Assembly (NCBI GenBank): GCA_964408825.1
Contig: CAYPAU010000001.1
Location: 76,789 to 140,788 of the forward strand
Reading direction: 5' to 3'
DNA from: an uncultured Gammaproteobacteria bacterium
Lineage (GTDB): Bacteria; Patescibacteriota; Microgenomatia; Levybacterales; UBA12049
DNA: 64,000 bases
Shown piece after piece: positions 18,682 through 28,093 of this stretch. A model generated the notes under the pieces. The model ran no database searches. It saw only the letters and a program-made list of their open reading frames with translations, and was not told the DNA's origin. The position numbers were made by a program, and so were the translations under genes. Position 1 is the first letter of the stretch. Every line of letters begins with the position of its first letter.

Positions 18682-20043
18682 TTATTTTACTTCTTTTATT
18701 CTTTTTTCTAAATATTCTTTTGTGTTTCTTGATAAATCTTCGTCAACTTCTTCGAAAAGTTTTTGAAGAATTTCACCGACCTTTGGTCCGGGTTTAATAC
18801 CTAATATTTTCATTACGTCATTCCCGTCAATTGCGAGATCATTTATAGAAAACGGGGCAGGCTTAAGCTGGTCTTCGACCCTCTTTTTAAACAGTTTAAG
18901 TCTCCAACTTTCGGCAGTCTGCGTTCCTCCTCCGAGTCTGTCTCCAATTCTAAGATCCATCATGTCTTTTACATTCTCAACCCCGACTCTTCGTATAAAT
19001 CTTCTGACAGCAGCATCTGTAATCTTTTCATCCACGGTAAACATGTGCCATCTTATAAGATTGACAATTTTTTCCCTGTCTTTTTTTGAGAATTTTAATC
19101 TTTCACAGATTTCCTTTGCAATTTTTGAGCCTTTCATTTCATGATTGTGAAATATGACAAGCCCCTCTTCATCGAAGGACACAACATACGGTTTTCCAAC
19201 ATCATGAATAAGAGTTGCAAATCTTACAATTGGATCTTTTGACGGGCAATATTTCAAAGACAAAACATTATGAGTAAAGACATCAGTCGTATGGTGTCTG
19301 CCCGGTCTTGCCTGGGAAACTCCGACCCCTTTTATAAGTTCCGGAATAATTTGTTCTAAGAGCCCTGAATTTTTAAGAAGCATAATGCCTTCGTAGGGAT
19401 AAGAACTTTTAAGAATTCTTAAAAGTTCGTCGTGAATTCTTTCCTTGGAGATATCATTGATAAGACTTGCATCGCTTACAATTTCCCTCCATGTTTTCTC
19501 ATCTATCGTAAAAGATAATTCTGTCGCAATTCTTATTGCCCTCATCAGTCTTAGTGCATCCTCTTTGAATCTTTTTTTTGGATCTCCTACGGCCCGTACG
19601 ATTTTATTTTCTAAATCTTTCTTTCCCAAAAAAGGATCAATAATCTCAGTTTTGAGTCTTAAGTTTTGAGTTATGAGCTTAAGCGCTATGGCGTTTATGG
19701 TGAAATCCCTCCTCGAAAGATCTTCTTCGATTGTTTTTCCCCATTCTATTTTTTTTTTTTTTCTTCTGTCTATGTATCCGTGCTCGGTTCTAAAGGTTGT
19801 AACCTCAATGACTTGGTTTTTTCGGTACGGAATACCCACTGTGCCAAACGTGTTGTTGTAGAAAGCACTTGGAAAAAGTTTTAGTAAATCCTTCGGAGTT
19901 GCACTTGTTGTAAAATCCCAATCCTTAACAGGTTTTTTAAGAATTATATTCCTTACACACCCTCCTACAAGGAAGACACTAAAACCACCATTTTCGATTT
20001 TTTTATAAATTTTGATGATTTCATCTGGAATAGGAAGCTCCAT
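18682..20043 (-). CDS. cca: CCA-adding tRNA nucleotidyltransferase with HD domain
   Basis: LVGGCVR, KDWDF, EVTTFR, EDLSRRDFTINA, EDALR, HDVGK motifs. Confidence 0.92.
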   Translation of the reverse strand: MELPIPDEIIKIYKKIENGGFSVFLVGGCVRNIILKKPVKDWDFTTSATPKDLLKLFPSAFYNNTFGTVGIPYRKNQVIEVTTFRTEHGYIDRRKKKKIEWGKTIEEDLSRRDFTINAIALKLITQNLRLKTEIIDPFLGKKDLENKIVRAVGDPKKRFKEDALRLMRAIRIATELSFTIDEKTWREIVSDASLINDISKERIHDELLRILKSSYPYEGIMLLKNSGLLEQIIPELIKGVGVSQARPGRHHTTDVFTHNVLSLKYCPSKDPIVRFATLIHDVGKPYVVSFDEEGLVIFHNHEMKGSKIAKEICERLKFSKKDREKIVNLIRWHMFTVDEKITDAAVRRFIRRVGVENVKDMMDLRIGDRLGGGTQTAESWRLKLFKKRVEDQLKPAPFSINDLAIDGNDVMKILGIKPGPKVGEILQKLFEEVDEDLSRNTKEYLEKRIKEVK

Positions 20044-20073
20044 ATTTGCTATAGTATACCAAGATTTTGTTGT

Positions 20074-21786
20074 ATGAAGAAATGGAAGATATTAAATAAA
20101 AGATTAAATATAAAAAATAAAAGATCCAAGATCGAGGATATAATTAAAATTTTATTGAAAAATAGAGGATTAAAAACTAAGAAAACGATTAATGCATTCT
20201 TAAACCCCAAACTTTCAAATTTAACAGTTGAAAATGCAGGAATCAACAGAACAGAATTAGAAAAATCAATTAAAAGAATCAGGAAAGCGATTATAGATAA
20301 GGAGCAGATTATTATTTTTGGAGATTATGACGTAGATGGGATTTGCGGCAGTGCAATTTTGTGGGAGACTCTTAACGGTCTTTCGGCAAATGTTTTTCCT
20401 TACATTCCTCACCGAGTGGAAGAGGGTTATGGGATTTCAAAAATTGGAATTACAAATGTTCTTTTAAAATATAATAAAACAAGTTTGATAATTACGGTTG
20501 ACAATGGAATTGTTGCAAATGAAGCGATAGAGTTTGCAAAAAAGAAAAACATCGATGTTATTATTACAGACCATCATGTCCCGTCTTCAAATCTTCCAAA
20601 AGCATATTCTATAGTTCATACCACCAAGCTTTGCGGAGCAGGAGTAGCGTATCTGCTGGCGCAGGAGTTAAAAGTTAAAAGTGAAAAGTTACAAGTTAAG
20701 GATAGCCATCTAGAGCTTGTTGCTCTTGCGACGGTTGCAGATCTGGTTCCCGTAAGAGATTTAAATAGAATCATTCTTAAGTTTGGACTTTTAGAGCTAA
20801 AAAAAACCCAAAGGCCAGGATTAAAGGCTATGATTAAGGAGGCTGGCCTTGAACCTAACAATATAGATGTTTTTGAAATTGGACATATTCTTGCTCCAAG
20901 GCTAAATGCCATGGGCAGAATTGAGTTTGCCATAGACAGTCTTAGACTTTTGTGTACCAAAGACGAAAAAAGTTGCGAGAAACTCGCCAGAAAATTGGGA
21001 GAGACAAACAAAAGAAGGCAAGATATCACAATTTCCTCTTTTGAGCATGCAAAACAAAAAGTCAAAAGTCAAAATGCAAAACTCAAAAGTTTGATTATTG
21101 TTGCTGATAAAACTTACAACGTTGGGATTATAGGGCTTATAGCTGGGAGACTTACGGAGGAATTTTATAGACCGGCTATTGTTTTATCAATTGGTGAAAA
21201 ATACAGCAAGGCTTCTGCAAGATCGATTGCGGGATTTAATATTATAGAGTTTATAAGAAAAGCCGAAGAGTTTTTAGTTGATGCGGGTGGTCATCCTATG
21301 GCAGCCGGATTTACAATAAAAAATTCGAAGATTAAAAAAATTTTGAAAAAATTCGAAGAGCTATCAGAAAATATTATCACCAAGGAAATGCTTAAAAGGG
21401 TTATTAAAATAGATACAGAAATTCTTCTTGAAGATGTGGGGAGCGAACTTTACGAAAAGCTGACAAAGCTTTCTCCGTTTGGAGTCGGTAATCCCCAACC
21501 TATTTTTCTCACGAGAAATCTTTTGATATCGGATGCTAGGATTGTGGGTATAGATGGCCGTCACATGATGCTTCGATTGATAAGTCCCGATGGTAAACCA
21601 ATAGATGCAATAGGATTTAATTTTTCAGGCAGAGCTGATGAGATAAAAATAGGCGATAGGATTGATGCGGTTTACGCAATTGATAGGGAAGTATGGCCTG
21701 CTCGCAATACTACGCAAAGCGTTGCAGGCGGGAACGGGAATATTCGTTTCAAATTGAAGATGAAAGATTTTAGAAAGATCAATTAA
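20074..21786 (+). CDS. recJ: Single-stranded-DNA exonuclease RecJ
   Basis: GDYDVDG, TVDNG, TDHH, ATVAD, PRLNAMGR, SARS, GGHPMAAG, PFGVGNP motifs. Confidence 0.97.
   Translation: MKKWKILNKRLNIKNKRSKIEDIIKILLKNRGLKTKKTINAFLNPKLSNLTVENAGINRTELEKSIKRIRKAIIDKEQIIIFGDYDVDGICGSAILWETLNGLSANVFPYIPHRVEEGYGISKIGITNVLLKYNKTSLIITVDNGIVANEAIEFAKKKNIDVIITDHHVPSSNLPKAYSIVHTTKLCGAGVAYLLAQELKVKSEKLQVKDSHLELVALATVADLVPVRDLNRIILKFGLLELKKTQRPGLKAMIKEAGLEPNNIDVFEIGHILAPRLNAMGRIEFAIDSLRLLCTKDEKSCEKLARKLGETNKRRQDITISSFEHAKQKVKSQNAKLKSLIIVADKTYNVGIIGLIAGRLTEEFYRPAIVLSIGEKYSKASARSIAGFNIIEFIRKAEEFLVDAGGHPMAAGFTIKNSKIKKILKKFEELSENIITKEMLKRVIKIDTEILLEDVGSELYEKLTKLSPFGVGNPQPIFLTRNLLISDARIVGIDGRHMMLRLISPDGKPIDAIGFNFSGRADEIKIGDRIDAVYAIDREVWPARNTTQSVAGGNGNIRFKLKMKDFRKIN
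21697..21732. repeat. 36-bp palindrome inserted in frame in recJ
   Basis: CCTGCTCGCAATACT-ACGCAA-AGCGTTGCAGGCGGG. Confidence 0.8.
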
Positions 21787-22061
21787 ATCCTTTTTCCGTG
21801 ATAAAGCCTATGAACTGCATTTGAAATTCTTCCTTCAACGTCGCCCCATCTAGGAAGTCCAGTTCCACCCACCTGCATACTTTCTTGAATAACGTTCTCA
21901 ATGTGCTCATGCGTTATTCCATGACCTATTAAACAGCCTGCTCTTCTTGCTATTCTTCTTTGGACAGCAGGAGGCGCTTCATACTCTCTTAAAGTTCGCT
22001 CTAACTGTCCTACAGGCCTAACACCTCCGAATTGTCTTCCATTTTCGTGTTTGCTTCCCAT
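21783..22061 (-). CDS. Hypothetical protein (92 aa)
   Basis: SD AGGAGGTGA 5 nt before ATG 22061; no recognised family. Confidence 0.7.
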   Translation of the reverse strand: MGSKHENGRQFGGVRPVGQLERTLREYEAPPAVQRRIARRAGCLIGHGITHEHIENVIQESMQVGGTGLPRWGDVEGRISNAVHRLYHGKRI

Positions 22062-22249
22062 GCTTGTCACCTCCTAAAAACAAAAACTCCCTTTTATAAA
22101 TAATTTAGGGAGATTGTTTTCCATAAAATCCCCCCCTTTTTACTTAATGAAAAAGAGAGGATTATTGATATTTACGGAAAATTTCATACTACAGTATAAA
22201 TGTATATCAGAATAAATCAGCTTGTCAAGAGGGTAAGCTTTCGGCTAAA

Positions 22250-23611
22250 ATGAGAAAAGTGGAAAGCAAAAGAAATTTAGCCTTAGAAACTACCTCTCTT
22301 AAGGACCAAAGGGTTCTTCTTAAAGGTTGGGTTAAGACGCGAAGAGATCATGGGAAATTAATATTTATTGATCTTAGGGACCGTTCAGGAATTGTACAGC
22401 TTGTTATAAATCCCAAAGTTTCACAAGAGGTTTACAGAAAAGCAACAGGTCTCAAACCGGAATCTGTCATTCAAACAACAGGTATTGTAAAGGAGAGACC
22501 TCAAGATACGGTTAATAAAGATTTAGAGACTGGAGAGATTGAGATAAGCGTTGAAGATTTAGAAATTTTGGCAGACGCTCAAACTTTGCCGGTTGATATG
22601 GGAGCAGACACTTTAAATCTTGAGCTTCCCACGCTTTTGGACCACAGATCTCTTTCGCTTCGTCATCCCAAAACTTTTGCAATATTTAAGGTTCAGGAAA
22701 CAATAGCAAAAACTTTTAGAAAGGTGCTTTCGGAAGAGAACTTTACAGAGATTTTTGTACCTACAATTGTTCCTTCTGCAACCGAAGGAGGAGCCGAAGT
22801 TTTCCCCATAGAATATTACAATCGCAAGGCATATCTGGCGCAGTCTCCTCAGATGTATAAGCAAATCATGACTTCTATATTCGAAAGAGTTTTTACTATT
22901 GCGCACGCTTATAGGGCAGAACCTTCTGTGACAACGAGACACTTATCCGAATATGTAAGCCTTGATGCCGAAATGGGATTTATAGATTCCTGGGAAGATT
23001 TGATGGATATGGCAGAAAAGGTTATAGTCTCAATTATAGAAGAAGTTGGAAGCAAAAATAAAAAAGAACTTAAATTATTAAACGCAAAAATACCTAAGAC
23101 CAGAAAGAAAATTCCAAGGTTGAGACTGCGAGAAGCACAGGGAATTATTTTTAAACGCACAAAACGGGATCACCGAAATGAGCCTGATCTTGACCCTTCG
23201 GATGAAAAAGAAATTTGCAATTGGGCAGAGGAAGAAACAGGAGCTCCTTTTGTATTCATAACTCATTACCCGGTTAAAAAGAGACCCTTTTATACAATGC
23301 CCGATAGGGGCGATCCTGAATTTACCTTAAGCTTTGATCTTCTTGGAATAAATGAGGAATGGGTAACGGGAGGACAAAGAATAAACGATTATGAAATGCT
23401 TTTGTCAAATATAAAAAAATGGGGAAATTCTCCTTCGAATTTTGAAATATATCTTCAGGCCTTTCTCTACGGCATGCCACCTGAGGGAGGATTTGCAATG
23501 GGTCTTGAAAGGATTACCAAAGATATATTAGGACTTTCAAACGTAAGGGAAGCAAGTCTTTTTCCAAGAGACATGGAGAGAGTGGATGAGCGATTTTCAA
23601 AGACTGGTTAA
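22250..23611 (+). CDS. aspS: Aspartate--tRNA ligase, archaeal/non-discriminating type (no GAD insert)
   Basis: OB-fold GWV..RDHGKLIFIDLRD, TEGGAEVF, LAQSPQ.YKQ, YRAE, GGQRI, PPEGGFAMGLER, FPRD. Confidence 0.9.
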   Translation: MRKVESKRNLALETTSLKDQRVLLKGWVKTRRDHGKLIFIDLRDRSGIVQLVINPKVSQEVYRKATGLKPESVIQTTGIVKERPQDTVNKDLETGEIEISVEDLEILADAQTLPVDMGADTLNLELPTLLDHRSLSLRHPKTFAIFKVQETIAKTFRKVLSEENFTEIFVPTIVPSATEGGAEVFPIEYYNRKAYLAQSPQMYKQIMTSIFERVFTIAHAYRAEPSVTTRHLSEYVSLDAEMGFIDSWEDLMDMAEKVIVSIIEEVGSKNKKELKLLNAKIPKTRKKIPRLRLREAQGIIFKRTKRDHRNEPDLDPSDEKEICNWAEEETGAPFVFITHYPVKKRPFYTMPDRGDPEFTLSFDLLGINEEWVTGGQRINDYEMLLSNIKKWGNSPSNFEIYLQAFLYGMPPEGGFAMGLERITKDILGLSNVREASLFPRDMERVDERFSKTG

Positions 23612-24536
23612 ATTTCTTAAAAACAATTTCCCCAAGGGAGAACTACTAGTTATTCCGGGAATTTTAGTAAGTATACTTTTTCTGCTTGTAATATTAGATG
23701 TTTTTGTAAAAGGCAGGAATTTTCTTATTTCTTCAACAGAATCTCCCGTACCGTCATATGAGACAAAGAAAATCCCCTTTCTTAAGAATAGGTATCAGCC
23801 AGCAATTTCCGCCAAGGCGGCCTTGATTATGGATAAAGATACCGGTACTATTCTTTATCAAAGAAATGGAAACCTTAGATTCTCTCCTGCCTCAACTACA
23901 AAGATAATGACTGCATTGATTGGACTAGATTATTATAAACCCGAGGATGTGCTTGAAGTAAAAGAGGAGATTTCGGAAGGATCTGTTCTGGGGTTTGCTT
24001 CCGGACAAAAATTTACTTTTGAAAACCTCTTATACGCGATGATGCTCCCATCGGCAAATGATGCGGCTTTTACAATAGCTCAAAATTACAAAGGCGGTTA
24101 TGACGGCTTTATAAAAAAAATGAATGAAAAAGCTCAAAATCTAAATCTTCCCAATACACATTTTGAGGATCCGGCAGGACTCATGGATGAGAAGAATTAC
24201 ACTACTGCGATGGAACTTGCAAGACTTGCATCTTTTTCCATTAATAATAAAAAATTCGCAAGGGTCGTCTCAACACCAAAGATGCAAATAACAGATACCC
24301 TGGGAAATTCTTATGCTATCTTTAACAGAAATAAGCTTTTAGGAGTGGAGGGTGTCAACGGAATAAAAACTGGGTTTACCGAGGAGGCGGGCGATGTCTT
24401 GGTAACATCAAAAGAGAGCAGCGGCCACACAATAATAATTATTGTTCTTAAGAGTCAGGACAGATTTGCGGACACTTATGAATTATTGAATTTGGTAGAC
24501 TTCGATAACCTTACTTTTCTATCCATTCATCCTTGA
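23586..24536 (+). CDS. D-alanyl-D-alanine carboxypeptidase (peptidase S11)
   Basis: PASTTK (SxxK), SAN (SxN) and KTG motifs; N-terminal TM. Confidence 0.93.
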   Translation: MSDFQRLVKFLKNNFPKGELLVIPGILVSILFLLVILDVFVKGRNFLISSTESPVPSYETKKIPFLKNRYQPAISAKAALIMDKDTGTILYQRNGNLRFSPASTTKIMTALIGLDYYKPEDVLEVKEEISEGSVLGFASGQKFTFENLLYAMMLPSANDAAFTIAQNYKGGYDGFIKKMNEKAQNLNLPNTHFEDPAGLMDEKNYTTAMELARLASFSINNKKFARVVSTPKMQITDTLGNSYAIFNRNKLLGVEGVNGIKTGFTEEAGDVLVTSKESSGHTIIIIVLKSQDRFADTYELLNLVDFDNLTFLSIHP

Positions 24537-25560
24537 CTGCCGAAAGGTAGGCTACAAAACCATTACTGCCTTTAAAAACAATAATAGGCATAAGACAATC
24601 CTGCCTTTTGTCGCTTAAATAATAGGCAAGAAAGATTTCCTGTATTAATATGTTCTCGGTAATTCCACTTTCTGCTATATAGGCTTTTCCTTCCTTAAGT
24701 TCTGAAAAAACTTCCTCTGGAGTTTTTATTGGATAAGTTGCAGATTCTTTTGAAATAGTCTGATGGAAGAAATTTGCCGCAACTACTTCCGGAAGATTTT
24801 GTCCGCCCCCTATAAAAATTTTCATCGTAGACTGTGAGGGATTTGAATAATAGATTGGTAATTTTTCTACATCTTTTTGAAAAAAATTAACTTCTATAAT
24901 ATGTGCATTGGCGACATTCGCAATGGGAATAAGTTGCGAGTTTTGAATCGAGAAAAGGAATGGTTGTCTGCTGTCTTCTAAATTTAAATCATCCGGCAGA
25001 AGAGAGACTTTGGATAAAAAGGATTCAGCATAATCTTTAGCACCATCAGGGCCGGGTAAATTATTTCTGCTCAAAACATTTTGGTTGGTAAAATAGGATG
25101 AGGTTATCTCAAAATCTGATGTAAAAATGTCTATGCTTATCTTCCTTACAATCTCCGAGTCAGGATCAGACCACTGATAAATATTATCCCTTACTCTTAT
25201 AGGGCCAGAAGTAAATCCTTCTTTTTCCACTTTTTCTTCTGTTTTCTGAAGAGCCAGAAGATCCGGTTGTTCCGAAGCTATTTTGTATACACCAGTTCTA
25301 TCAGGAAACTTAGGAAGCTCCCCTGTTGCAGTATCAATCGTGTAGGAATATTTTTTTTCGGAAGTTTCTTTGGGGAATTCAATGGGAGGAAGTTTTCCGA
25401 AGGAAACTGTGGGGGGAGGCGGAGGGGTTGGGGCAATGATATTTTTAATTAAGACACCTATTTTAAACAGTATAAAAATAAGAAAAATCGCTCCTAAAAT
25501 TATCGCAGACCACTTGGCAACATTCTTCGTCATTGACGTTGCCTGATTTAGTGTAAGCAT
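24511..25560 (-). CDS. Hypothetical membrane-anchored protein
   Basis: 349-aa ORF, N-terminal TM, PTPPPPPT linker, FGKLP motif. Confidence 0.8.
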   Translation of the reverse strand: MLTLNQATSMTKNVAKWSAIILGAIFLIFILFKIGVLIKNIIAPTPPPPPTVSFGKLPPIEFPKETSEKKYSYTIDTATGELPKFPDRTGVYKIASEQPDLLALQKTEEKVEKEGFTSGPIRVRDNIYQWSDPDSEIVRKISIDIFTSDFEITSSYFTNQNVLSRNNLPGPDGAKDYAESFLSKVSLLPDDLNLEDSRQPFLFSIQNSQLIPIANVANAHIIEVNFFQKDVEKLPIYYSNPSQSTMKIFIGGGQNLPEVVAANFFHQTISKESATYPIKTPEEVFSELKEGKAYIAESGITENILIQEIFLAYYLSDKRQDCLMPIIVFKGSNGFVAYLSAVKDEWIEK

Positions 25561-25646
25561 GTCTTGATACGTTCATTAAATGAACGTATCTTGAGTATAG
25601 AAAATATATGGGGTACAATGCAACAAAGGAGGAGAATTAATTCGGC

Positions 25647-25748
25647 GCGGGTCCTGCCGCTCGTCACCTCGCCAGTGCTCATTCGGAATATCCGTCTTTG
25701 GCGGATAACTCTTGCGCGCTGGCAAGGCCTCTGACTCGCGTCACCCGC
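25647..25748. other. ~100-nt GC-rich rod-like hairpin (ncRNA or MITE candidate)
   Basis: Nested stems GCGGGT/ACCCGC, GTCA/TGAC, CCTCGCCAGTGC/GCGCTGGCAAGG, TATCCGTC/GGCGGATA. Confidence 0.55.
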
Positions 25749-25757
25749 TAAGAATAT

Positions 25758-26987
25758 ATGGTAAAAGTTAGATTTGCGCCAAGTCCTACCGGGATTCCGC
25801 ATATAGGCAATATAAGAACCGCTCTTTTTAATTTTCTTTTTGCAAGACATAACAAAGGAAAATTCACATTAAGGATTGAGGATACAGATAGAGCGCGGTA
25901 CGTTAAGGAGGCAGAGGAAGCAATTATTGAGTCTCTCAATTGGCTTTCCTTAAGATGGGATTCGGAAATAGTTCGCCAGTCTGAAAGATTACCGGCGTAC
26001 AAGGAGCATGCCGAAATTTTAAAGAAAAAAGGTCTGGTGTATGAAGACGGGGGCGCCTTAAGATTTAAAATGCCAAAGGAAGATGAAACTTTGTGGAAGG
26101 ATGCTGTAGGAGGTAAGGAAATTTCATTTAAGAACGAAACCCAGGAAGATTTTGTAATATTAAAATCAGACGGTTTCCCGACTTATAACTTTGCAAATGT
26201 AGTTGATGATTATCTTATGGCGATAACCCATGTTATAAGAGGTGAGGAATTTATTTCCTCGACTCCAAAACATGTTCAATTGTACAAAGCTTTCTCATGG
26301 AATCAGCCTGTCTTTGTTCATTTACCCGTAATATTAGGGCCTGACAAGGGCAAGCTTTCAAAAAGGCACGGAGCAAAACCAGTTCTAGATTATAGAAGAG
26401 AGGGTTTCTTAAAAGAAGCAATCATAAACTTTATGGCCCTACTAGGATGGAATCCCGGAGGAGATCGAGAGCAAATGAGCATGGGTGAAATGATTAAGTT
26501 CTTTAAGCTCGAGGACATAAACACCGCAAATCCAGTATTTGATATCAAAAAACTTGAATGGCTTAATGGGGTTTGGATAAGAAGCATCGACGATTTCGAT
26601 AAAAGATTGATCGAGTTTTACAAAAAGGATAAAAAAGCTCTTAAGTTATTAAATTCTGAAAAGGCCCCCTTACTGATAAGTTCAACAAGATCTCGTATGA
26701 GAACTCTTTTGGAATTTAAAAATTTAGTCGATATAAAAAAACAGAGAAAATATACAAAGGAAGAAAATCAACACGCCTTAATGCTTCTTAAGTTCTTGAA
26801 TTTAAAACTGGGGGAGAATTGGGGAGATGAAAAACTATTGTTTGCTCTTAAAGATTTCTCGGAAAAACAAAGACTGCCCTTTAAAAAAATATATTTTATT
26901 TTGACAGGACGAGAGCAAGGAATAGGAATTCTGGAACTTAATAAAATTTACGGCAAAGAGTTTTTTATAAAAAATCTTTCCGGATAA
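25758..26987 (+). CDS. gltX: Glutamate--tRNA ligase (short form)
   Basis: RFAPSPTG.PHIGN, LRIEDTD, PTYNFA.VVDD, KLSKR motifs. Confidence 0.95.
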   Translation: MVKVRFAPSPTGIPHIGNIRTALFNFLFARHNKGKFTLRIEDTDRARYVKEAEEAIIESLNWLSLRWDSEIVRQSERLPAYKEHAEILKKKGLVYEDGGALRFKMPKEDETLWKDAVGGKEISFKNETQEDFVILKSDGFPTYNFANVVDDYLMAITHVIRGEEFISSTPKHVQLYKAFSWNQPVFVHLPVILGPDKGKLSKRHGAKPVLDYRREGFLKEAIINFMALLGWNPGGDREQMSMGEMIKFFKLEDINTANPVFDIKKLEWLNGVWIRSIDDFDKRLIEFYKKDKKALKLLNSEKAPLLISSTRSRMRTLLEFKNLVDIKKQRKYTKEENQHALMLLKFLNLKLGENWGDEKLLFALKDFSEKQRLPFKKIYFILTGREQGIGILELNKIYGKEFFIKNLSG

Positions 26988-26999
26988 AATTATTAAGAG

Positions 27000-27593
27000 A
27001 TGAATGGGTTTGAAATTTTTGCAAAACCCTTTTGGGTAAATTTCCTTATACTTATTCCAATTTCACTGTTTTTATATTGGAGAAAACATAAGCTTAACAT
27101 TTCCGGAAAAACTCTTCTGTATGTCCTTATATTTGGAATTGCTTTTGGTGTAATTGAGGCAAGTGTGGTCATATACCTTCGGGCCGCAACAGGACTCCTT
27201 CCGGGATATGAGGGGACCGTGTTTGATATCTGGAGAGAAAGTTTCGAGATTTATTATAATCAGGAACTTTTAGAAAAGCAGCTTCCTCCAAGTCTCCTGA
27301 CTTATGAACTGATTCGTGAAGTCGCTACAATGTTTATGCTCTGGGCAGTTGCTTTTATTGCCGCTCAAAAGTGGAAAGAGAGAGTCGCATTATTCTTTTG
27401 GGCTTTTGCAGTTTGGGATGTTGTTTATTACATACATCTTTGGCTTACTGTTCGTTGGCCACAAAATTTAACTACTCCCGACGTTTTATTCCTAATTCCA
27501 GAGCCGTGGTTTAGTCAAGTCTGGTTTCCACTTCTTGTCAGTGGTCTGACAATGTTTGGCATTTTTGTAAATAGAATGGAGAGACCAAAATAG
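27000..27593 (+). CDS. Hypothetical integral membrane protein
   Basis: EASVVIYLR, RE.AT, WDVVYY, LFLIP.PW; about 5 TM segments. Confidence 0.75.
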   Translation: MNGFEIFAKPFWVNFLILIPISLFLYWRKHKLNISGKTLLYVLIFGIAFGVIEASVVIYLRAATGLLPGYEGTVFDIWRESFEIYYNQELLEKQLPPSLLTYELIREVATMFMLWAVAFIAAQKWKERVALFFWAFAVWDVVYYIHLWLTVRWPQNLTTPDVLFLIPEPWFSQVWFPLLVSGLTMFGIFVNRMERPK

Positions 27594-27658
27594 AACGCTC
27601 TCACCTCAAGTATTCTCGTTTGTCCGAGCTTTATAAATTTGGTAAAATAAGCCTACAT

Positions 27659-27729
27659 TGCTGGGTCATCTAACGGTAGGATAGCGGACTCTGAATCCGT
27701 TCATCTTGGTTCAAATCCAAGCCCAGCAG
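27659..27729 (+). tRNA. tRNA-Gln (CTG), CCA not encoded
   Basis: Acceptor TGCTGGG/CCCAGCA, anticodon arm GCGGA-CTCTGAA-TCCGT, T arm CTTGG-TTCAAAT-CCAAG. Confidence 0.95.
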
Positions 27730-27730
27730 C

Positions 27731-28093
27731 TATCCTTCGCCAAGGCTACGGAATAGCATGCAATTACGAAGCTGAGAGCGAAGTATTACATGCACTATTG
27801 TTATGTATTGTTGAGTTCAAAATCTCATATTTTTTATTTTGGTTCAACAAATAACTTGAAAAGCAGATTAAAATCGCATAACAATGGGAGTATTAAATCA
27901 ACTAGACCACATAGGCCTTGGGATTTAATTTGGTACGCCGGATTCAAAACCGAAAAAGAAGCAAGAGATTTTGAGCTTTATCTAAAATCTGGTTCAGGAA
28001 GATCGTTTGCCTACAAAAGATTAATTTCCGTAACGTTGAAGAAGGATTTCTCTGATGGGCGAAGAAGTAGTCCGAAGTCTAAGACGTAGGATA
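27731..28093 (+). mobile_element. GIY-YIG mini-element at the tRNA-Gln 3' end
   Basis: Ends TATCCTTCG.../...CGTAGGATA; flanked by CCAAGCCCAGCAGC at 27717-30 and 28094-107. Confidence 0.75.
27790..28089 (+). CDS. GIY-YIG nuclease family protein
   Basis: YCYVL...FYFGSTNNLKSRLKSHN.G..KST...PW.L....F.....A..FE.YLKSGSGR. Confidence 0.92.
   Translation: MHYCYVLLSSKSHIFYFGSTNNLKSRLKSHNNGSIKSTRPHRPWDLIWYAGFKTEKEARDFELYLKSGSGRSFAYKRLISVTLKKDFSDGRRSSPKSKT

Noticed and set aside
25409-25433. G-rich tract GGGGGGAGGCGGAGGGGTTGGGG as a G-quadruplex or another inserted repeat
   Set aside because: Explained by the PTPPPPPT proline linker coded on the minus strand; not palindromic
25618-25757. T-box riboswitch or leader peptide for gltX
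   Set aside because: No T-box UGGNACC antiterminator or U-tailed terminator; the short ORF crossing the hairpin has no support
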